A stretch of DNA of 64,000 bases from a virus. Lineage: Duplodnaviria; Caudoviricetes. A program made the position numbers and the translations under genes. The stretch lies in IMG/VR virus record IMGVR_UViG_3300020037_005233, positions 32,001 through 96,000 of that record; one strand, given 5' to 3'. Below are positions 59,434 to 64,000 of this stretch, one piece after another. Numbering within the stretch: position 1 is the first letter of the stretch; each line of letters starts with the position of its first letter. The notes beneath the pieces are model-generated. The model saw only the letters and a list, made by a program, of their open reading frames with translations, did no database searches and was not told the origin of the DNA.

Positions 59434-59791
59434 CTTGTTTCTCTTTCTCCAGCATCTCTAGAAAATAAAGCTTATACTCTTCTGTAGAAGCCATGATCTC
59501 TCTGTTAACAGATGCAAATATTTGTTGCTGATCAGCCTTAGCGCCTTGCCTAACTAGATCGTGTGCAAGCATCTGCGCCACAAGCTCTAGAGACACCCTG
59601 AACGCGATTTCCATCTTAAGCTCGCTGTCAAAAGTCTTTAGGTACTCAAGCCTGTGTTTGTCTTCTAATTTAGATGGCACCCACCCACTTTTATAAAACT
59701 CTCCTAGCTTCTCCCCAAAAGCATTAAGTATCTCTGATTTACTGGCCAGGGCCATTGCCTGATATGTTTCTTTATCTACATTACTTTCCAT
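59408..59791 (-). CDS. Hypothetical protein
   Basis: AGGAG SD. Confidence 0.6.
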   Translation of the reverse strand: MESNVDKETYQAMALASKSEILNAFGEKLGEFYKSGWVPSKLEDKHRLEYLKTFDSELKMEIAFRVSLELVAQMLAHDLVRQGAKADQQQIFASVNREIMASTEEYKLYFLEMLEKEKQDEQRILHT

Positions 59792-60097
59792 TTATTCTCC
59801 TAATTCACGCACAAGATCAGCAGCAAATCTAAGCTCTGATTCGGTTATTGATACCGCGACAGTATTCTTGCCTTCGTGAAAAGCCAACAGGCTTTTCCCT
59901 GTCCTAGTTTTTAAAATATACAGCGTAAGCTCGCGATTAATGGCCACGCGTTTTGTGTCCTCATACATCTCCTCTAAGCCACTATCTATGTGCTTAATCG
60001 CGTCCACATGCCTACGCCTTTCAAGACGCATAGCATCTATTTTTTGATCTGCGCTAAGCTTATCAAAAGATATTAAGTCCAGTTGTTGGTCGAACAT
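59792..60097 (-). CDS. Hypothetical protein
   Basis: AGGAG SD after promoter copy 9. Confidence 0.6.
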   Translation of the reverse strand: MFDQQLDLISFDKLSADQKIDAMRLERRRHVDAIKHIDSGLEEMYEDTKRVAINRELTLYILKTRTGKSLLAFHEGKNTVAVSITESELRFAADLVRELGE

Positions 60098-60117
60098 GAA
60101 TTATTTCTCCTAAACTA

Positions 60118-60146
60118 CTTATGCCCGAAATAAATCATATTTTTCC
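60118..60146 (-). promoter_or_regulatory. Phage promoter copy 9
   Basis: GGAAAA-N17-CATAAG with TTTCGGG before the -10. Confidence 0.65.
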
Positions 60147-60164
60147 AACGTAGGCAGGCTAGAA

Positions 60165-60749
60165 CTAAACCTTAAAAACGCGGAGGAAACCAACGACAGG
60201 CATGTCAGCAGTACCCACAACCGCCCTAGTGCGTCGATAGACACCATCACCCTCGCGTACAACCCCTGCTCCAGGCCCGGTATTGCCCTCAATAGTGCCC
60301 ACAGTCCCATCACCGTTCACGAGCTCAACCACACCCACATGACCTGAGGCGGTCTTACCGTGCCTCCAAATAATCAAACACCCTGGCTCAGGGTCCTTCA
60401 AGCGCATAAGTGAGCTGGTCTGATTCCAGACAGTCAAACAATGCTCTGATTTATAGACAGGGGACTTAACCGCAAGCTTATCCTCAACCTCTTTAATACA
60501 GAACTGAGAAAATGCCATGCACCAAGACTCCCCCTGTGCCTTGCCATCTACAGCCTTCTGAAACCGTTCTACATCAGCTCCCTTGTTAGGGCCACCGACC
60601 TCGCGTACACCGATATACTTCTTAAATGTTTCTAATAGTTCGTCTGCTGGTGTGGATGTTACCGGCGCCATCTGATCAGGCTGCCCCTCCACACAACTAT
60701 CGTCTGGTTTCCACGGCTTCTCTAAATTAGAGCTATCAGAGGTGCCCAT
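60165..60749 (-). CDS. CHAP-domain peptidoglycan hydrolase (endolysin candidate)
   Basis: YIGVRE..N.G, WCMAF (Cys), GHVGVV (His), TIEGNT. Confidence 0.85.
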   Translation of the reverse strand: MGTSDSSNLEKPWKPDDSCVEGQPDQMAPVTSTPADELLETFKKYIGVREVGGPNKGADVERFQKAVDGKAQGESWCMAFSQFCIKEVEDKLAVKSPVYKSEHCLTVWNQTSSLMRLKDPEPGCLIIWRHGKTASGHVGVVELVNGDGTVGTIEGNTGPGAGVVREGDGVYRRTRAVVGTADMPVVGFLRVFKV

Positions 60750-61503
60750 CGGAAATTTCCTTCCTTCTTTTCTTAGCGGCACATCCAAGATGGTATGCAA
60801 TACCAGTACTCGCACCATGTTCAACCCTCTTCCCGCAATACCTGCAGGGCTTTCTACACCTAACACACAGACCACTAGCAAAAGAGCCTACGCTACTACA
60901 GCCATCGCATTTGCTAATGGATTTGTAAGGCCTGTTGCCACTGCCTTTAACTACTACAGCCACCGGCTTATACCCGTAAAGTTCTTCTTCAAAACTACCC
61001 ACAGCAAGTTTTTTATTTCGCCACGTCATAGCAACGCAACATAACATATTTCAATAGCTAAAGTGAAGCGGCCGCTATCATAGCGACTGCCCCACAAACC
61101 ACCTTTTATTGTTGCTTTTAACGATCACCCATCTGTAGAATTGCCGCTCCAGTTGTTTTTAATTTCAGCCATTGTCTTTGCAAACATATCCTCTGCCACC
61201 GAAAACGCCTTTCTAACCCTGGCTACTTGATCAGGGGCGGTGACACGAAACCACACCGTAGTACCTTTACCGGAGCACAGCTCACAATCAGCCTCACCAA
61301 TAGATCCTATACCAACACAACTACTGCACACTTTTTCCACTAGGTTTCTCCTTTATTCCAAACCAGCCCCTTGCCCATTTATCTGCTTCTTCACGTGTCT
61401 TGTGCTTTCCGCTAAGAATTAGCCCTCCAGGATAACAAACAATAAAGAATGTCTCACCTGCCTTCGTATACTCATCTATTCGATAATGTGCTTTGCTCAT
61501 GGG

Positions 61504-62391
61504 TCATACCTCATTAATAGGATGTATCCAGCTGCTCTCTAACTCAGATAGTCTCCAGAGAATGATCATTGGGTGATCATACTCAAAGTAACCTACCTGT
61601 GTAGTGGCTAATCCACCCGGGATTTTTCCAGCGGCCTCTCTGTAAACGCGTACAGCGTAATCAGTAATTGCTTTGCCGCCGTACCAAGGAATGTTGTTTC
61701 TTCTGCTTAGGTAAGCCTCAACCACCATCCAAGTAGTTCTCCAACTATCTTGCTCGTTATAGCTCTTTTTGCTGGACTGAATAACAGTCACTGCCCATGC
61801 AACGGAGTAGAACAAACACCTGATCCAATTCCCAAGCGCTAGGTTAGTCATGTACCTGACCACAGGAAACCTTCCCACCCAAGCCTCTACATTCCACCTG
61901 CCGTCTGGATGTTTATACTTAGTTGCTCCAGGCCTACCGGGTAAGTACTGCTCGTTGTTCATATAGTACCTGATCCCGAGCGGCCACCTGCGTTTTCTCA
62001 GTTCTTTTGCTAGGCCGAAAAGATGTGTGTGCCTCACTATAGTGTAGAAACATAACAAAGCTAAGTAGTCGTCCCAAGCCTGTTGGTCGTTATGGGGGAC
62101 AGGGGACCTGTGTAGGATATAACTATTGCCAACAAAGCACTTAGTTATGGCTTCTGTAATAATACCGTGTTCAGAGATAAGTGTACCGTCGTACTCAGCC
62201 AACTCTTCATCTGTGTATTCATCGCCAGTGAGGTAGTGTGGTAGGGTAGCTAGAATAATTCCGTAGAACGCTGAATAAGCCACACCGTTACCGGAAGCAT
62301 TTCTTTGCCCAGGCGTAGTCTTGCCAGGAGCTACTAATCCGTCTGCATCTCTATATTGATTCATTATTTTTAATTGTTTTAACATTTCCAT
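61504..62391 (-). CDS. Hypothetical helical protein
   Basis: 295-aa ORF, aromatic-rich. Confidence 0.65.
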   Translation of the reverse strand: MEMLKQLKIMNQYRDADGLVAPGKTTPGQRNASGNGVAYSAFYGIILATLPHYLTGDEYTDEELAEYDGTLISEHGIITEAITKCFVGNSYILHRSPVPHNDQQAWDDYLALLCFYTIVRHTHLFGLAKELRKRRWPLGIRYYMNNEQYLPGRPGATKYKHPDGRWNVEAWVGRFPVVRYMTNLALGNWIRCLFYSVAWAVTVIQSSKKSYNEQDSWRTTWMVVEAYLSRRNNIPWYGGKAITDYAVRVYREAAGKIPGGLATTQVGYFEYDHPMIILWRLSELESSWIHPINEV

Positions 62392-62468
62392 TGTAGTCCC
62401 CCAAAAAGAAAAGACACGCTGAGGTTACCCAGTCGTGTCTTTAACGTAGTAGCCAAAGTCCGTGTGAA

Positions 62469-62693
62469 TTACTTTGATTTCTTTGCTGATTTCTTTGCTG
62501 CCTTTTTTGCTGTTTTTTTCTTAGCCATGTTTTGCTCCTTTCTTTGAGATTTATCGATTATTTTTGCTAAATTATTCATATCAATGCTTAGGCGTCTAAT
62601 CAGGCTCCTGACCTCGTACTCATAACCAGTCACAATAGATTGCGCTGATCTAGAGCCGAAGATCTTATAAAGCATTGCTGAAATACTAGGCAT
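62469..62693 (-). CDS. Hypothetical protein ending in histone-like Lys/Ala tail with internal start at 62528
   Basis: AAGGAG-N6-ATG before MAKKKTAKKAAKKSAKKSK. Confidence 0.5.
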   Translation of the reverse strand: MPSISAMLYKIFGSRSAQSIVTGYEYEVRSLIRRLSIDMNNLAKIIDKSQRKEQNMAKKKTAKKAAKKSAKKSK

Positions 62694-63796
62694 TTGCTTT
62701 GAGTTTCTTGGCCTTGGCTTTAGGTAAACTTCTATGTAACAACTCTCGCAATAGGGCTGCAATATCTGTAAGAGCTTCTGCCTGAATGCACTCGTTCTCC
62801 AACACTCGCCGGACAAAAGCTAGGTGAGTCTCCTGGTAAGTCTCCGTGCTTTGCTTATGCACCTCGAGCTCTTTGCTGTGCATGTCCAAAGCCGCCTGAA
62901 CTCTAAGTGCTAGCTCACGCGTAGACTTGGTAACTTCTGCCGTAATAAGAGCCTTCAACTTCTTCTCACTAATAAACATTATAAAGTATTCCCTTCCTTA
63001 TTCAAAACCACGTTTTCAGTAACTAGGCAAGTTTTTCTTATATAGTGTCTAGGAATCTTTTTATAGAGGTGCCGTGGTCTTTTCAGAAATGACTGCTGCT
63101 GCACAAACACCAAACGGTTTGAAACAGAACATCTAGCGGTAATCCAGCCATCTGGTCTCACCCGAACAATCTCTATTTTAGTGCCCTTTCCCCTACCCAC
63201 CAGTCGTTGCCATATCTGTCCTGGCTTAAGATTTTTCAGCTCCATTTTTTAACTCCCAATAAACCCTATAAAGCCTTGCCCAGGCTCCAGAGTCAGTCAC
63301 GTCCCTGTACACCTTTTGGTAAGCAGCAAGCAGCTCCTCGTACCTAGGATGTGTCCGCAAAGAGCGCTGGTCTTGCTGTATCCTAAGTACGAGTTCCTGT
63401 TGCTGTTTCGTCAACCTGCGATTCCTGAGCATCTGCTACAGAGGCTAACAATTGTTCAAACGTTTTTGCAACCCACTTAGTGCCATCAAATACATGGGCG
63501 GTGTAGTTGAAATCCTTCTTAAGGCTGTCCCTAACAATGACTGCCAAACCTATGTGAGGGTTCTGTGGCAGATCAGCCTCGGTATCCACTATCTGCGGCA
63601 TCGCTAAAAAGCTCATTTTCTCTCTCCATTCCTGCATCATAAATAAAGAGTGCTTGTGCGGGTTTACCCTAAGCACTTCCCCAGATATAGTTTTATAGTA
63701 CCAGCACTTTTCCGTCTTTATGAAGTCCCCCACTGGGGTCCCACCACAAATAGTCCATGCCGGCACGTCTTCAGCGTACGTGCTATTCTCTAACAT
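62686..63796 (-). other. Four coupled small hypothetical ORFs (62686-62979, 62979-63245, 63226-63432, 63383-63796)
   Basis: ORF track, overlapping start/stop codons. Confidence 0.6.
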
Positions 63797-63848
63797 ACTC
63801 ACTCCTAAAAATAGGGGGACTTGGCTTAAACCAAATCCCCCATTACCT

Positions 63849-63998
63849 TTACTCAACAACTAGCTCAGAGTCTGAAACCTCTGCCACAATCACCTGCACA
63901 TTAGTAGGTAACCACGGTGTGATATCATCCACCAAATCTGCGTTGTCCACATACACCCATGACGGTGCTTTGTTGCCTGCTAACTGCCTTAGCTTTTC
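63849..63998 (-). CDS. C-terminus of an SbcC/Rad50-like AAA ATPase (partial)
   Basis: PSWVYVDNAD (Walker B-like)...QVIVAEVSDSELVVE. Confidence 0.55.
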   Translation of the reverse strand, partial: EKLRQLAGNKAPSWVYVDNADLVDDITPWLPTNVQVIVAEVSDSELVVE

Positions 63999-64000
63999 AA

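Noticed and set aside
690-60146. Repeated CTTATACCCGAAAA motif as CRISPR repeat or att site
   Set aside because: Copies are dispersed, degenerate and always upstream of genes; no regular spacers and no integrase
41207-61422. Numerous plus-strand ORFs in the ORF track
   Set aside because: They overlap coupled minus-strand genes and lack SDs or motifs; shadow ORFs
1-64000. Genome-wide TAG reassignment (code 15)
   Set aside because: Many genes end in TAG directly before a terminator or the next gene (e.g. 1583, 17256, 18583, TAG-TAG at 53041-53046), and long genes are uninterrupted in code 11

Overview
A 64-kb segment of a large, probably lytic, contractile-tailed dsDNA phage. It has no bacterial housekeeping genes, rRNA, integrase or CRISPR array. 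Layout: (i) 1-10.9 kb, mostly minus strand: accessory genes, a SAM methyltransferase, a collagen-like lipoprotein, a GNAT, a family A DNA polymerase and a glycosyltransferase-like gene. (ii) 10.9-29.5 kb, plus strand: the virion block, with prohead protease, scaffold-like proteins, decoration protein, HK97/encapsulin-like major capsid protein, neck, sheath, tube and a SNF2 helicase. (iii) 29.5-41.4 kb, minus strand: replication/recombination genes (SNase, resolvase, SSB, Cas4/RecB-like nuclease, gp3-like recombination protein), a solo TnpB element and tRNA-Asn. (iv) 41.4-64 kb: a dense minus-strand array of small accessory ORFs (Tad1-like, CsrA, MazG-like, YhaM-like, CHAP). Most notable observations: a K-x-A processing motif plus an N-terminal F-x-x-G-F-x-K-x-A tag on putative capsid cargo; a type II hammerhead ribozyme in a 5' leader; a TnpB element sitting at a start codon and supplying a replacement SD; a duplicated multi-domain structured RNA; nine copies of a non-canonical promoter; and two genes with in-frame amber codons. 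All functional calls come from motif recognition by eye, not from database searches.
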